From Mobula hypostoma (taxonomy: Eukaryota): a stretch of DNA of 64,000 nucleotides. A program made the translations under genes and the position numbers. Below are positions 24,849 to 37,477 of this stretch, piece after piece. The stretch lies in contig NC_086108.1 of assembly GCF_963921235.1 (NCBI RefSeq), forward strand, positions 97,218,001 to 97,282,000, read 5' to 3'. Each line of letters begins with the position of its first letter. Position 1 is the first letter of the stretch. The notes beneath the pieces are model-generated. The model was not told the DNA's origin and made no database searches. It saw only the letters and a list, made by a program, of their open reading frames with translations.

Positions 24849-25064
24849 ACGAGCTGCCAGCAGAAATGGTGGATGAGGGGTTTGACTGCAACATTTAAGA
24901 AGGGTGTGGAGGGCTATGGTCCAGGTTTGGGACTAGGCAGAATATCAATTCAGCAAGGACTAGATGGGCCAAATGGCATGGTTCTGTGCTGTAGTACTCT
25001 ATCATGCTATGGCATACTCAGACAGCTTTTTGGTGATATCACACATCTTCAGCTGAATTAATAA

Positions 25065-25680
25065 GATCAAAATCAAAGTAAATTTATGATCAAAGTACAT
25101 ATTGGTCACCATATGCTACCTTAAAATTCATTTTCTAGCAGATATTTACATGCAAAATAAGGAAATATGATGAAATTTATGACAGATTATATGTAAATAA
25201 AGGCAGACAAACAACCAATGAGCAAAAGAAGTTAAATCGTGCAACCAATAAATAATTAAATACGCAAACAAACAGACAAATAAATAATATTGAGAATGTG
25301 AGTTGTCGAGTCTTTGAAAATGAGCCTGCAGGTTGTGGAATCAGTTCAGTGCTGAGTTGAGTGAAGTTAGCCACACTTCAGGAGCCTGATGGGTGTAGGG
25401 TAATTACTTTCTCTGGTGTAGGGCCTAAGTCTCCTGAACCTCCCACGAGATGGTAGGGGTGAGAAGGGAGCATGGCCCGGACGGTGAGGGTCCTCGGTGA
25501 TGGATGTGGCTTTTTTGTGCAAGCTTGTAGGTATGCTCAATGATAGTGAAGGGTTTGCTTCTGATGGTCTGGGCCCTACCCATCACTTTCTGTAGCCTTT
25601 TCCATTCCTGGGCATTGGTATTTCCATACCAGGCCACGACGTAGCCAGTTAGAATGCTCTTCAGGGTGCATCTATAGAAG
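25065..25680 (-). mobile_element. Rex1/Babar-like 3' fragment
   Basis: FYRCTLKSILTGYVVAWYGNTNAQEWKRLQKV. Confidence 0.8.
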
Positions 25681-25770
25681 GGATTATCTCTGTGGAAATC
25701 AATGGCATCACTCACACTTCTGAATTTTGAATCGGAAAGTGTACCTACTCTAATTACACATGGGAATATA

Positions 25771-26180
25771 CAGAACTGTGCAAAAGTCCCAGGCACACAT
25801 ATAGAGCTGGAAGACTTTTGCGGAGTATTGCAGTAATTTTATGTATTGCACTGCAGGTCTGCCGCAAAAAAAAAAAATGATTTCATATGTGAGAACCTGA
25901 TTTCGATGTGGGTCTCTATTGTGGCCTGAGAGTGGGCAGGGGACAGGGAGAGGGGAAGCGTGGTTGGGAAAAGGGGAAGGGAGAAGGGAGGGAGCGGGAA
26001 GCACCAGAGAGATGTTGTGTAATGATCAATCACCCAATTGTTTGGAATCAAATGACCTTGCCTGGTGACTCAGTGCGTCTGCTCCTGCCACCTACCACAC
26101 ACCCCTCCTGCTGTGCCCCACCCTCACCATTCCCAACATCCTTTGTTCCCATCAGACTTACAACCTCGCTCTCCTCTCCT
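25771..26180. mobile_element. Composite element starting with a Tc1-like mini-palindrome
   Basis: cagaactgtgcaaaagtc...gacttttgcggagtattg at 25771-25830 followed by the core shared with 7440-8518. Confidence 0.7.
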
Positions 26181-26741
26181 ACTCTAATCACACATCAGAA
26201 TATAAATTTGAACAACATTGAATGCTGTTTGCATGCTATTTATTCAAGACTTAAATTGTAAGCTAAGGAACACTTGTCTATCAAGGCAATTTTGAATCCT
26301 TCCAAAGAAGGCCTCTTAACTCATTAAAAACGGGAATATCATATTCTCAGTTCAAAGCGTTGGCCATGGCTTTCCACATAATTAAATAATCTTGTTCTAT
26401 AGTAGTTAAAAAGGTGTCATAGGTTTATTATAGTATAGAAGGTCATTTAGCTCATCAATTCTGCTGCCTCCAAGGAGGTAATGACTTCAGTCCTGCTCAT
26501 CTACTTTCTTCAAAACCCTGCAAATTACCTTCGTCAGATGCCTATCATTTCCCTTTGAAAGCCAGCAATTGATTCTGTTTCTAACACCATTATAGGCAGT
26601 CAATTCTAGATAATAAAAAATTGCCATTTTTTAAGAACAAAAGTCTTTTTCACCCCTTATAGTTCTACCTTCGGCCCGAAATTTTAAAATTCTGTCATTG
26701 GTCAACGCCCAGTTGAGATTGGGAGCCTCTTGCTTTGATTT

Positions 26742-27072
26742 AGCGGCTCAGTAGAGTAGCGGTTAATGTAGTGATTTACAGTGCCACTGACCGGAAGATC
26801 AAGGTCCAATTCCTGCCACTGTCTGCCAGGTGCTTGTACATTCTCCTCATGACTGTGTGGGTTTCCTCCGGGTGCTCTGGTTTCCTCCCACATTCCAAAA
26901 GACATTGGGTTAGTGAGTTGTGCATGTGCAATGTTGGCGTTGGGTGTCGGCACCTACGGGCTGTCCCCAGCACATCTTCGGGTTGTGTTGGTCATTGATG
27001 CAAGTGACGCATATCACTGTGATTCAATGTTTCCATGTACCTGTGACAAATAAAGCTAATCTTTAATCTTTA
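26742..27072 (+). mobile_element. V-domain tRNA-SINE, near full length
   Basis: Head agtagagtagcggttaa...ggtccaattcc; V-domain gtgggtttcctccgggtgctctggtttcctcccac; tail aataaagctaatctttaatcttta. Confidence 0.85.
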
Positions 27073-27259
27073 AACCAGCAATGGCCATGTATAATATCAT
27101 TTCAAATCTATCAGCTAGGCCTCAGTCAATAAGCAAGGCCCCACAGAAGGTGGAGACTGAGATATGAGCAGATGGAAAACATGGTAATATTAGTGACACA
27201 AGAGACTTGAGTTGCTGGAATCTGGACCAATAATCCGCTGGAGGAACTCAGTGGGTCGA

Positions 27260-27436
27260 GGTGTGTGTGTGAGTGTGTTGTGTGAGTGTATCTGTGTGTT
27301 TGTGTGGGTGTGTGTGACTGTGTGTACTGTGTGTGTGAGCGTGTATGTGTGTGTGTGTTTGTGTATATGTGTACAGTGTGAGTGTGTGTTTGTGTGTGTG
27401 GTGTGTGTGTTTATGCCTGTGTATGTGTCTTTGTGT

Positions 27437-27475
<39 letters not shown>

Positions 27476-27621
27476 GCTGTGTCTACTGTGTGTGAGAGCA
27501 TGTATGTGTGTTTGTGTGTGTGTGGAGGGTGTGTGTGTGTGAGTATGTGTGTGTGCAGTGTGTGTGTGTGTGTTTGTGTGAGAGTGTGTGTGTGTGGTGT
27601 GTGTTTATGCCTGTATGTGCC

Positions 27622-27655
<34 letters not shown>

Positions 27656-27823
27656 TGTATATGTGTACAGTGTGAGAGAGTGTGTGTGTGTTTGTGTATA
27701 TGTGTACAGTGTGAGAGAGAGAGTGAGTGTGAGTGTGTGTGTGTGGCTGTGTCTACTGTGTGTGAGAGCATGTATGTGTGTTTGTGTGTGTGTGTTTGTG
27801 TATATGTGTACAGTGTGAGAGAG

Positions 27824-27865
<42 letters not shown>

Positions 27866-27977
27866 TATGTGTGTGTGCAGTGTGTGTGTGTGTGTGTGTG
27901 AGAGAGTGTGTGTGTGGTGTGTGTTTATGCCTGTATGTGCCTTTGTGTGTGTGTGTGTGTGTGTTTGTGTGTGTGTA
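27260..27977. repeat. Compound (GT/CA)n microsatellite with recurrent interrupting motifs
   Basis: Long GT tracts with repeated tatatgtgtacag, tttatgcctgtatgtgcctttg and ggctgtgtctactg. Confidence 0.98.
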
Positions 27978-28047
27978 AGAACTATTGACATCTGAGATTG
28001 AAACCCTGCACCAGATTTTGAAAGGGTTTAATGGTGTTGAGATAGGG

Positions 28048-28715
28048 GATTCAAAGTACATTTTATTATCAAAGTACATATATGTCACCATATACAGTCC
28101 TGAGATTCATTTTCTTATGAGCATACTCAGCAAATCTATAGAATAATAACTGTAACAGGATCAATAAAAGATCAACCAGAGTGCAGAAGACAACAAATGG
28201 CAATAAATAACGAGAAAATGAGATAATGAGATAAAGAAACCTTGAAAATAAGATAATTGGTTGTGGGAACATCTCAATGGATGGGCAAGTGGGTGCAGTT
28301 ATCCTCTTTGTTCAACAGCCTGATGATTGAGGGGTAGTAACTGTTCTTGAACCTAGTGGTGCAAGTCCTGAGGATCTTGTACCTTCCACCTGATGGTAGC
28401 AGCGAAAAAATGACGTGGCCTCGGTGGTGGGCATCGCTAGTGATGAATCCTGCTTTTCTGTGACAGCATTTCATGTAGATGTGCTGAATGGTTGGGATGG
28501 TTGTACTGGGCCAAATCCACTTCCTTTTGTAGGATTTTGGTGTTTCCATTCCAGGCCATCATGCAGCCAATCAATATACTCACCATTACACAATGATAGA
28601 AGTTTGTCAAAGCCTGCCAAGTTTCCACAGACTCCAAAGGAAGTGGAGGCACTACTGTGCTTTCTTCACAATTGTACTTGCATGCTGGGCCTCGGACAGA
28701 TCCTCTGAAATAGTC
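28048..28715 (-). mobile_element. Rex1/Babar-like 3' fragment
   Basis: LTNFYHCVMVSILIGCMMAWNGN; LLPSGGRYKILRTCTTRFKNSYYPS. Confidence 0.82.
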
Positions 28716-28849
28716 ATTTGTTTCCGCTCTGAAATTACCAACGAAACTTATCCAGCTTTTGTGAAAAAATCAATAGCAAAGGAACATTTTTCAGTGGAGG
28801 ATCTCCACATTCATTTAGTTCGTACATTTTAGCGCAAGACAGTGAGTAT

Positions 28850-29852
28850 TTAACAATATAACCATATAACAATTACAGCATGGAAACAGGCCATCTCGGC
28901 CCTTCTAGTCCTTGCCGAACTCTTACTCTCATCTAGTCCCACCGACCTGCACTCAGCCCATAACCCTCCATTCCTTTCCTGTCCATATAGCTATCCAATT
29001 TAACTTTAGGTGACAACATCGAACTTGCCTCAACCACTTCTGCTGGAAGCTCGTTCCACACAGCTACTACTCTCTGAGTAAAGAAGTTCCCTCTCATGTT
29101 ACCCCTAAACTTTTGCCCCCTAACTCTCAACTCATGTCCTCTTGTTTGAATCTCCCCCACTCTCAATGGAAAAAGCCTATCCACATCAACTCTATCTAGC
29201 CCCCTCATAATTTTAAATACCTCTATCAAGTCCCCCCTCAACCTTCTATGCTCCGAGGAATAAAGATCCAACTTGTTCAACCTTTCTCTGTAACTTAGAT
29301 GATGAAGCCCAGATAACATTCTAATAAATCTTCTCTGTACTCTCTCTATTTTGTTGACACCTTTCCTATAATTGGGTGACCAGAACCGTACACAATACTC
29401 CAAATTTGGCCTTACCAATGCCTTGTACAATTTCAACATTACATCTCAACTCCTATACTCAATGCTCTGATTTATAAAGACCAGCATACCAAAAGCTTTC
29501 TTCACCACCCTATCCAGATGAGATTCCACCTTCAGGGAACTATGCTCCATTATTCCTAAATCCCTCTGTTCTACTGCATTCTTCAATGCCCTACCATTTA
29601 CCATGTATGTCCTATTTTGATTAGACCTACCAAAATATAGCACCTCACATTTATCAGCATTAAACTCCATCTGCCATCTTTCAGCCCACTCTTCTAATTG
29701 GCCTAAATCTCTCTGCAAGCTTTGAAAACCTACTTCATTATCCACTACTCCACCTATCTTGGTATCATCTGCATACTTACTAATCCAATTTACTACCCCA
29801 TCATTCAGATCATTAATGTAAATGAAAAACAACATTGGACCCAGTACAGATC
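28850..29852 (-). mobile_element. CR1 LINE, 5'-truncated, well preserved 3' kilobase
   Basis: YINDL...KYADDTKIGG; LYKALVRPNLEYCVRFWSP; tandem tail (GGTTATATT-like) at 28850-28875. Confidence 0.95.
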
Positions 29853-30540
29853 AGATTTGTAGAGATTAGCAGCAAATCACTGGCTAGGGAGAAGTTTTAG
29901 AGGCATTTTCACCGATCTTTTCTTGCGGTCAGTAGGCTGTGTAATTTAAAGATATTCTATCCCAGAAGGTTGCTGGATGGAAGAGAGAAGACATTTTGAT
30001 GGAGGACCAATGCTCGAGTGTATAAATTCTAATTTCTAATTTATAAATTTTGTTGCAAATGTGATCTGAAAAGATTTACCAGTGCAATGTTCTTTCCATC
30101 TGCAATAAAACCATAACAAGAACAGTAATTTCCAGCCAATGGTGAGAACATTTGTCAATGTTGTGGTGCTAGAAAACGAACTTGGCATTAAACCTTAGGC
30201 TCCTAAATACCTTGTCACTTTTTAAACAGTACCATTGAAATACATTAGCACCTTCACCATTGGCAGTGCTTAAGTGCTTCCAAACTCGGGATAAATGATG
30301 AATATACTGGGAGTTAGCAGCAGTCCCTGGGTAAATCCAATTGGATATTGCTAAATGAGATTTTGCAAGTTCAGGTTTGGAGATATCCATACTCCATGCA
30401 CATTAATCTGCGTCATGAATATCCGAACCAGAATCAGGTTTAATATCACTGACATAGGTCATGAAATTTGTTGTCTTTGCAACAGAAGTACAGTGCAACA
30501 CATGAACAATGCCATAAATTACAATAGGAAATATACCATG

Positions 30541-31030
30541 CAGTGGCCTCTTTGTTAGGTACACCTACATGTTCATGTACTGCAAGTATCTAATCAGCCA
30601 ATCATGTGGCAGCAACTCAATGCATAAAAGCATGCAGACATGGTCAAGAGGTTCATTCATTGTTCAGACCAAACATCAGATTGGGGAAGAAATGCAATCG
30701 AAGTGACTTTGACCATGGAATGATTGTTGGTGTCAGATGGGGTGGTTTGAGCATTGCAGAAACTGCTGATCTCCTGGGATTCTCATGCACAGCAGTCTCT
30801 AGCAGGCTTACAAAAAATGGTGCAAAAAATAAAAAATATCCAGTGAGCAGCATTTCTGAGGGCAAAAGTGCCTTGTTATTGAGAGAGGTCAGAGGAGAAT
30901 GGCTGGACTGGTTTAAGCTGACAGGAAGGCGACAGTAACTCAAGTAACTCCACCTTACAACAGTAGTGTGTAGAGGAGCATCTCTGAATGGGCAACCCGT
31001 TGAAGCTTGAAGTGGATGAGCTACAGCTAA
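30541..31030 (+). mobile_element. Tc1-like transposon remnant (left TIR + N-terminal transposase HTH)
   Basis: cagtggcctctttgttaggtacacc; GKKCNRSDFDHGMIVGVRWGGLSIAETADLLGFS. Confidence 0.85.
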
Positions 31031-31119
31031 TGAAGAAAATGAACATGTAATGAAATTTGTTGTTTTGTGGCAGCTGTACAGTGTAGTATATAGAAATACA
31101 ATCAATTACAATAATATAT

Positions 31120-31800
31120 TAGATTAGGATTATGAGGACATGTAGTCCTCTTTTATTGTCATTTAGTAATGCATGCATTAAGAAATGATACAATTTGTTC
31201 CTCCAGAATGATATCACAGAAACACAAGACAAACCAAAACTATAAAAAACTGACAAAAACCACATAATTATAACATATAGTTACAACAGTGCAAAGCAAT
31301 ACCATAATTTGATGAAGAGCAGACCATGGGCACGGTAAAAAAAAGTCTCGAAGTCTCTTGAAAGTCCCATCATCTCACACAGATGGTTGAAGGGAGAAAC
31401 GCTCCATGCCATGAGCTTCCAGCGCCGCAAACTTGTCGATGCAGCATCCTGGAAGCACCCGACCACAGTCCGACTCTGAGCCCGTCCGAAAACTTCGAGC
31501 CTCCGACCAGCCCTCCGACACCATGCACCGAGCACCATCTCTGCTGAGCGCTTCGACCCCGGCCCCGGAAACAGGCAATAGGCAAAGCCAAGGATTTGGG
31601 GCCTTCCCCTCCGGAGATTCTCGATCGCACAGTAGCAGCGGCAGCAAAGCAGGCATCTCAGAAGTTTCTCCAGGTGTTCCTCCGTGCTTCTCACGTCTGT
31701 CTCCATCAAATCAGGATTGTGCACGGCCCCTATTTAACAAATACGATATCAATTCGGAGCGGCCGCGTGCGCTGCGTCGCGCCGCCATCTTCTCCTCCCC
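31120..31800 (-). mobile_element. Non-coding, non-autonomous retroposon with GC-rich YY1-like 5' end
   Basis: 5' GGGGAGGAGAAGATGGCGGCG; 3' GACAATAAA...(AATCT)-like tail; second copy at 34300-34866. Confidence 0.75.
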
Positions 31801-31849
31801 TCCTTTTATAAGTATATCCGTATATAAGTATATATACGTATATACTTAA

Positions 31850-32135
31850 ATATATAGTGCAAAAAGAGAACAAAATAAGGAGGTAGTGTTCATTGGCCAT
31901 TGAGAAACCTGATGGTAGAGGGGTAGAAGCTGTTCCCAAAACATTGACCGTGTTTCTTCAGGCTCCTGCACCTCCTCCGTGATGGCAGTAATAAGAAGAC
32001 AGCATGTTCTGGGTGATGGGGGTTCTTATTGTTGGATGGTGCTTTTTTAAGGCATCGCCTTTTGAAGATGTCCCTGACGGTGGGGAGACTAGTGCACATG
32101 ATAGAGCTGGCTGAGTTTGCAACCCTCTGCAGCTT
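31850..32135 (-). mobile_element. Rex1/Babar-like 3' fragment (host of the 31120-31800 insert)
   Basis: TSLPTVRDIFKRRCLKKAPS...NSFYPSTIRFLNG. Confidence 0.8.
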
Positions 32136-32812
32136 TTATAAAAATAAAATATAAAGAGAAAATAGAAACATTTCATAATCATGCCTAAATGAGGTGTAAC
32201 GTTAAGAGGTCTCAAACACTGCCTTTTCTCTGGTTTGCATGTTACGGAATAAAACTATGCTCAGAATATCCTTGGAGATGATCCCGATATACCAGTATAA
32301 CTCTACCAAGAAGTGTGACTGAAAACCTTGTTTAGGTGTAAATAGTCTACAGCTGTATTTCCTGCAAAGCTTTGGCAGTGGGTCCCAGAAAATACTTGGC
32401 CATTTTTTCGAAACAGGCACTCGCCACACAAGAGGCCTTTCAGAGCCAGAAATATAAATGTAGCTTGCAGCACTCCCTGTCATTCATTTAAACAATAGTG
32501 TAATGCTGTAAGTCAAAGGCTCAGTGTCACATGGCACCTTCGGCCAAACTCTTCCATGCCGACCAGAAAGCACATCTATGCTAGACCCATTTGCCCGCAT
32601 TTAGAGAGTCTAAATATTATCTCTCCGTGTATGTGTCCAAGTGTCTTTTAGATGTTGTTAAGGCACCTGCCTCAACCATGTCCTCTGGTAGCTCGTTCCA
32701 TAAATGGACCACCCTTTGAGAGAAAAAGTTGATGCTCAGATTCCTATTAAACCTCTCGCCTGTGACCTTAAACCTGCAGAGCAGACATGATGGGCCGAAT
32801 GGCTAATTCAGC

Positions 32813-33303
32813 TCCTGTGCAAAAGTCTCAGGCACATATATATATAGATCTAGGGTGTCTCAGACTTTTCCACAGTACTGTATTTGTCAAAGTGGAGCGG
32901 AGAGTGAGTTTGTAAATCTGGCAGGAGTTGGGAATGGCGGGGTTGGAGCACTGCAGGAGGGGTGTGGGTCAGGTGGCAGAGCAGGGGTGCCGGGGTAGGG
33001 GGTGGCAAGGATGCAGACAAGCCGAGTCCTGAGTCACCAGGCAAGGTCATTTGATTCCAAACAATTGGCCTATTGATCATCACAGAATGTCTCTTTGGTG
33101 CTTCCCGCACCTTCCCTTCTCCTTTCCCCTTTTCCTAACCATGATTCCCCTCTCCCTGCCCCCTTCCCAGTCTCAGCTCACTACAGAGACCCATATCAGA
33201 ATCAGATTTATCATCACTCATGTATGTCATGAAATTCATTTTCGTTGTGGCAGCAGTACAGTGCAAATTTCTGCAGTACTGTGCAAAAGTCTTTTGGTCC
33301 TAG
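32813..33303. mobile_element. Composite element with Tc1-like TIR sequence at both ends
   Basis: Palindrome ctgtgcaaaagtctcagg...ctcagacttttccacagtactg (32813-32880) and cagtactgtgcaaaagtc at 33274. Confidence 0.75.
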
Positions 33304-33856
33304 GTTTTCAAGGTTGCCCATCCCAGGAAAAAAGATTGACTGTATTCACCCTATCTATGCCTCTCATGATTTTAAACACATTTATAAAGTCAACCCTCAT
33401 TCTCCTGCAGTTCAGCTCAGCCTCTTTCTACAACTCAGTCCTTCTAGTCCTGAAACCAACCTGATTAAACTTTCTGCACCCTTCCAACCTGGTACATCTT
33501 TCTGCACCCTTCCATCCTTAGGTTGAGGAAATGAAACAAAAAAAAATGAAATGTTTCTGTAAATCAGGCAGCGACTGTGGAGAAACAATTAATATTTGAA
33601 GCTGATTACCATTGCTGAGAGTGCAAGAAAGACACAGTAATATGTTTTTGTATTGTTGAGTGAGGGATTAATATTTAATATGGATTATTAGTCATAATAA
33701 TATGGATGCAGGGATGAAATTGCACTGCTCTTATTCAAAATATTGCAATGGGAATTTAGATCCACTTGAGGGAGAGCTAGAATTATAGTTTAATATTTGA
33801 TTCATAAAATGGCAGTGCAGTATTCCTCCACAAATGCTGTGAAGTAGTGCTTATAT

Positions 33857-33922
33857 CAGGGGTTCCCAACCTTTTTTATGCCATGGACCATGGACCCCAG
33901 GACCCCAGGTTGGGAACCCCTG
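33857..33922. mobile_element. Tiny hAT-Charlie-like MITE
   Basis: Perfect TIR caggggttcccaacct / aggttgggaacccctg. Confidence 0.8.
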
Positions 33923-34299
33923 GTAGATGTTTGATCAAGTTCAAGTTTATCGTCTTTTCAACCATACATACTGTATGTGTACAGCTAAATGAATCATCTT
34001 CCTCGGGGGATAACATACAAACCACAGTATATGTAGACATACACAGCACATGTAGTTATGATGCAGCAAATATAGTTAGGATATACAGCGCATATAGTTA
34101 CGATAAGTCACAAAATAACATTAGCACAAATCTCTGAGTAGCGTGGGCTGAAGATAGATGGTATCCTGTTCAAAACAGCACGACTCCATAACGTTCGGCC
34201 TCAGTATGAATTATACTGTGGCAGGAGTAACACACACTAAATGCTGGAGAAACTCAGCAGGTGAGGAAGTATCTACAAAATTGAATAAACAGTCAGTGA

Positions 34300-34866
34300 A
34301 AAATGATATCGTATCCATTAAATAGGGGCCATGGACAATTCTGATTTGATGGAGAGGGACGTGAAAGCACAGAGGAACATCTGGAGAAATCTCTGAAACG
34401 CCAGTTCGCTGCTGTTGTTGCTGTGTGATCGGGAATCTTTCAGAGGGAAGGCCTCAAAATCCCTGGCTTTGTCTGCTGTTGGCGGCTGAGAAGGAGGTCG
34501 AATCTTTCGGATAGAGATGGTGCTCAGTACTTGGTGTCGGAGAGCTGATCGGAGCTCGAAGTTTTCGGATGACTCAGAGACGGACCGTGGTTGGGTATGG
34601 CAGGGAGAGTTTTTCTTCCTTCTCCTGTCTGCGTGAGATGTGGGACATTTGAGAGACTTTGAACTTTTACTGTGCTCATCGACTTCTTCATCAAGTTATG
34701 GTATTGTTGCACTGTTGTAACTATATGTTATAATTATGTGGCTTGGTTAGTTTTTTTTTAGTCTTGGTCTGTCCTGTGTTTTGTGATATCACATCGGAGG
34801 AAATATTTCTTAATGGATGCATTACTAAATGACAATAAAAGAGGACTGCATGTCTTCATAATCTAA
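34300..34866 (+). mobile_element. 5'-truncated copy of the 31120-31800 element, inserted in an inverted Penelope pLTR pair
   Basis: Colinear with the reverse complement of 31120-31750; flanks 34228-34298 and 34866-35015 are pLTR arms. Confidence 0.8.
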
Positions 34867-35411
34867 ACATTTCAGGTTGAGACCCTTTATCAGCAGTCAT
34901 CGGGTCTCAGTCTCAAATATTGACGGTTTATTCATTTCCACAGATGCTGCCTGACCTGCTGAGTTCCTCCAGCATTTAGTGTGTATTGCTCTGGATTGCC
35001 AGCATCTGCAGAATGTGTTCTGTTTAGAACATCGCCGAAACTCATTTGCTTTCCGCAGGTTCTGCCCAAGCTGCTGAGAATATGTAATAGTATATATTTT
35101 GATTACATGGTCATTTGGTGATTTGTTGATATGAAGCACTCCCTGGATGGAGGAGGTTTTCATAATTTGATGTATTCATAGATGGCAAATCAAATAGTAA
35201 TCCCCAATGACAGTCATGTTAACAAGAAATTCAGAATCACCTGGAACCTTTAGCCGGAGGGTGGTGAATCTGTGGAATTCATTGCCACAAATGGCTGTGG
35301 AGACTGTCATTGGGTATATTTAAAATGGAGGTTGAAAGGTACTTAATTAGTAAAGGCATTAAACATTATGCAGAGAAGACAGGAGAACAGGGTTGAGAGG
35401 GAAAGTGAACC

Positions 35412-35755
35412 GGCCTTGAGGTGTAAGGCACTCCTCCGCTCCGCTAGCCTGTAGGTCACCCTTGGGCAAGCTGTAGCAGCTTCTTAGCCCCACGATCAGG
35501 GTCATGTGAAGCCATGGTGGATGGTCATATGAGCAGCTAGTACATATCACAAGTCCTGGTTATGCGACCGCTGACGCTTGGCAGCCAATCTCTGAAGAGC
35601 ATCGATTATGTCTGGGGTTACCTGTCTTGCAGTGACTCTACTCGGAAGAAGGCAATGGTAATCCACTTCTGCAGAAAAACTTGCCAAGAACAATTGCGGT
35701 CAAGACTATGATCGCTCATGTCATACGACACAGCACATACTGATGATGATGATAC
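35412..35755 (+). mobile_element. RTE/BovB-related SINE-like element
   Basis: ggaagaaggcaatggtaatccacttctgcagaaaaacttgcc resembles the BovB-type 3' motif; (TGA)n tail. Confidence 0.7.
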
Positions 35756-35833
35756 GTGATCAATCTCATACTGATGATGATGATATGTGACCAATCACAT
35801 ACTGATGATGATGATATGTGACCAATCACATAC
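35736..35833 (+). repeat. Three tandem 31-bp copies spanning the (TGA)n tail and flank
   Basis: catactgatgatgatgatatgtgaccaatca starts at 35736, 35767, 35798. Confidence 0.92.
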
Positions 35834-36661
35834 AGCTCAATAAAGTGGATAAAATCACACTATTTCCTTATCTTCAAGCCTTTTGCACATGCTCACAGTG
35901 ATTCAGTGGGTCATATAAAGGAAATTCATGGTGTTCTTTGATTGGATGCAATAGCATAACTGAACAAGTGGGGTCAACTTTGCAAGAGGGGCCTGATAGA
36001 TATATGCAAAAATATGAGAGGCAGAGCTGGTGTAGGCAGTAAGAAACCTCTCTCTACGACAGAGAAGATTAAGACCAGAGGGGTAAGTCTAACATGGGGA
36101 GTTAAAGGGTTGGAAGGGATTCAAGCAAGAAATTTTTCAGCCAGAGAGAGAGGTTACAACTGATTGAGAAGCCATTGCCACAACAAGTGAATTCACTTTC
36201 AGGGACTATGCATCTCATGTTCTCATTATTTATTGCTATTTATTTATATTTGCAGTCACACAGTTTGTTTTTGTCTTCTGCACACTGGTTGATCTTTCAC
36301 TGATTCTGTTCTAGTTACTAATCTATAGATTTGTTGAGTATGCCCACAGGAAAATGAATCTCAGGGTTGTATATGATGGCATTTATGTACTTTGATCATA
36401 AAATTTACTTTGAACATTGAACTTTGTTGGGTGTCAGTACTCCCGCAACATTCAGGAAACATTTAGCTGAGCACGTGAATCACCAAGCCATTGTACACCA
36501 TGAACTTTGTGCTGGTAAATTGGATAGTATAGACTTTAAAACCATAAGACATAGGAGCTGAATTAGGCCATTTGGCCCATCAAGCCTACTCCACAGATGG
36601 CTAGAGTATAGTATAGATAGTGTAAATGATGGTTGACATCAACTTGGTGGGGTGGAGGACT

Positions 36662-37035
36662 CTGAATCAGGATTAATATCATTGACGTATGTTGTGAAAT
36701 TTGTTGTTTCGTAGCAGCAGTACATTGTAATACATAATAATAACATTATAAATTACAAGAAGAGTATATATGTATATATAAATTAAATAAGCACTGTAAA
36801 AAGAAAGGAAAATATTGTGAGGTATTGTACATGGATTCAATGTCCATTCAGAAACCTGATGTTGGAGGAGAAGAAGCTGTTCCTGAAATGTTGAGTGTGC
36901 ATCTTCAGGCTCCTGTATCTCCTTCTTGATGGCAACAATGATAAGAGTCCGAGATGATGGGGTTTCTAAATGATGGATGTGCCTTTTTGAAGCATTGCCT
37001 TTTGAAGTTGGCCTCAGTGCTGGGCGTGTTTATAT
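36662..37035 (-). mobile_element. Rex1/Babar-like 3' fragment
   Basis: Tail gaatcaggattaatatc; NFKRQCFKKAHP. Confidence 0.72.
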
Positions 37036-37477
37036 GCTGGATGTTTCCATGACCTTCAGCCAAAGATCTCAGAACATAGAACAGTACAGCACAGACCTTC
37101 AGCCCACAATGATTTTCCGGAACAATTAAATTAGTAGTCAAATCGCTGACTAATCTAATCCTGCCTGCACAATATCCATATCCTTCCATTTCCCTCTCAT
37201 TCATGTGCCTATCTGAACAAATGGTTTGGCACAGCCAAGAAGGGCCAAAAGGCCTGTTTCTGTGCTGTAGTTTTTCTATGGTTTCTATGGTTTCTGTCTC
37301 TTTAAAGTTCTCAGTGTATCTGTCTCTACCACCAAACGCAAACCAAAACCAACATATCCTGACTCTGACTGTGGTTTAAGGTCTTCTTGAATCTAGCAGT
37401 GTGCTAGAGCAAGACCTGACAAATGGACAGAAGGGTCATTTGAGGAAGAAAGAGGTAGCTGTGCTTTCTGCACCACG

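Noticed and set aside
27190..28091. His/Thr- or Cys/Val-rich ORFs
   Set aside because: Translations of the GT/CA microsatellite
35412..35600. Ribozyme at the head of the BovB-like SINE
   Set aside because: No consistent P1/P2/P3 or hammerhead core could be assembled by eye
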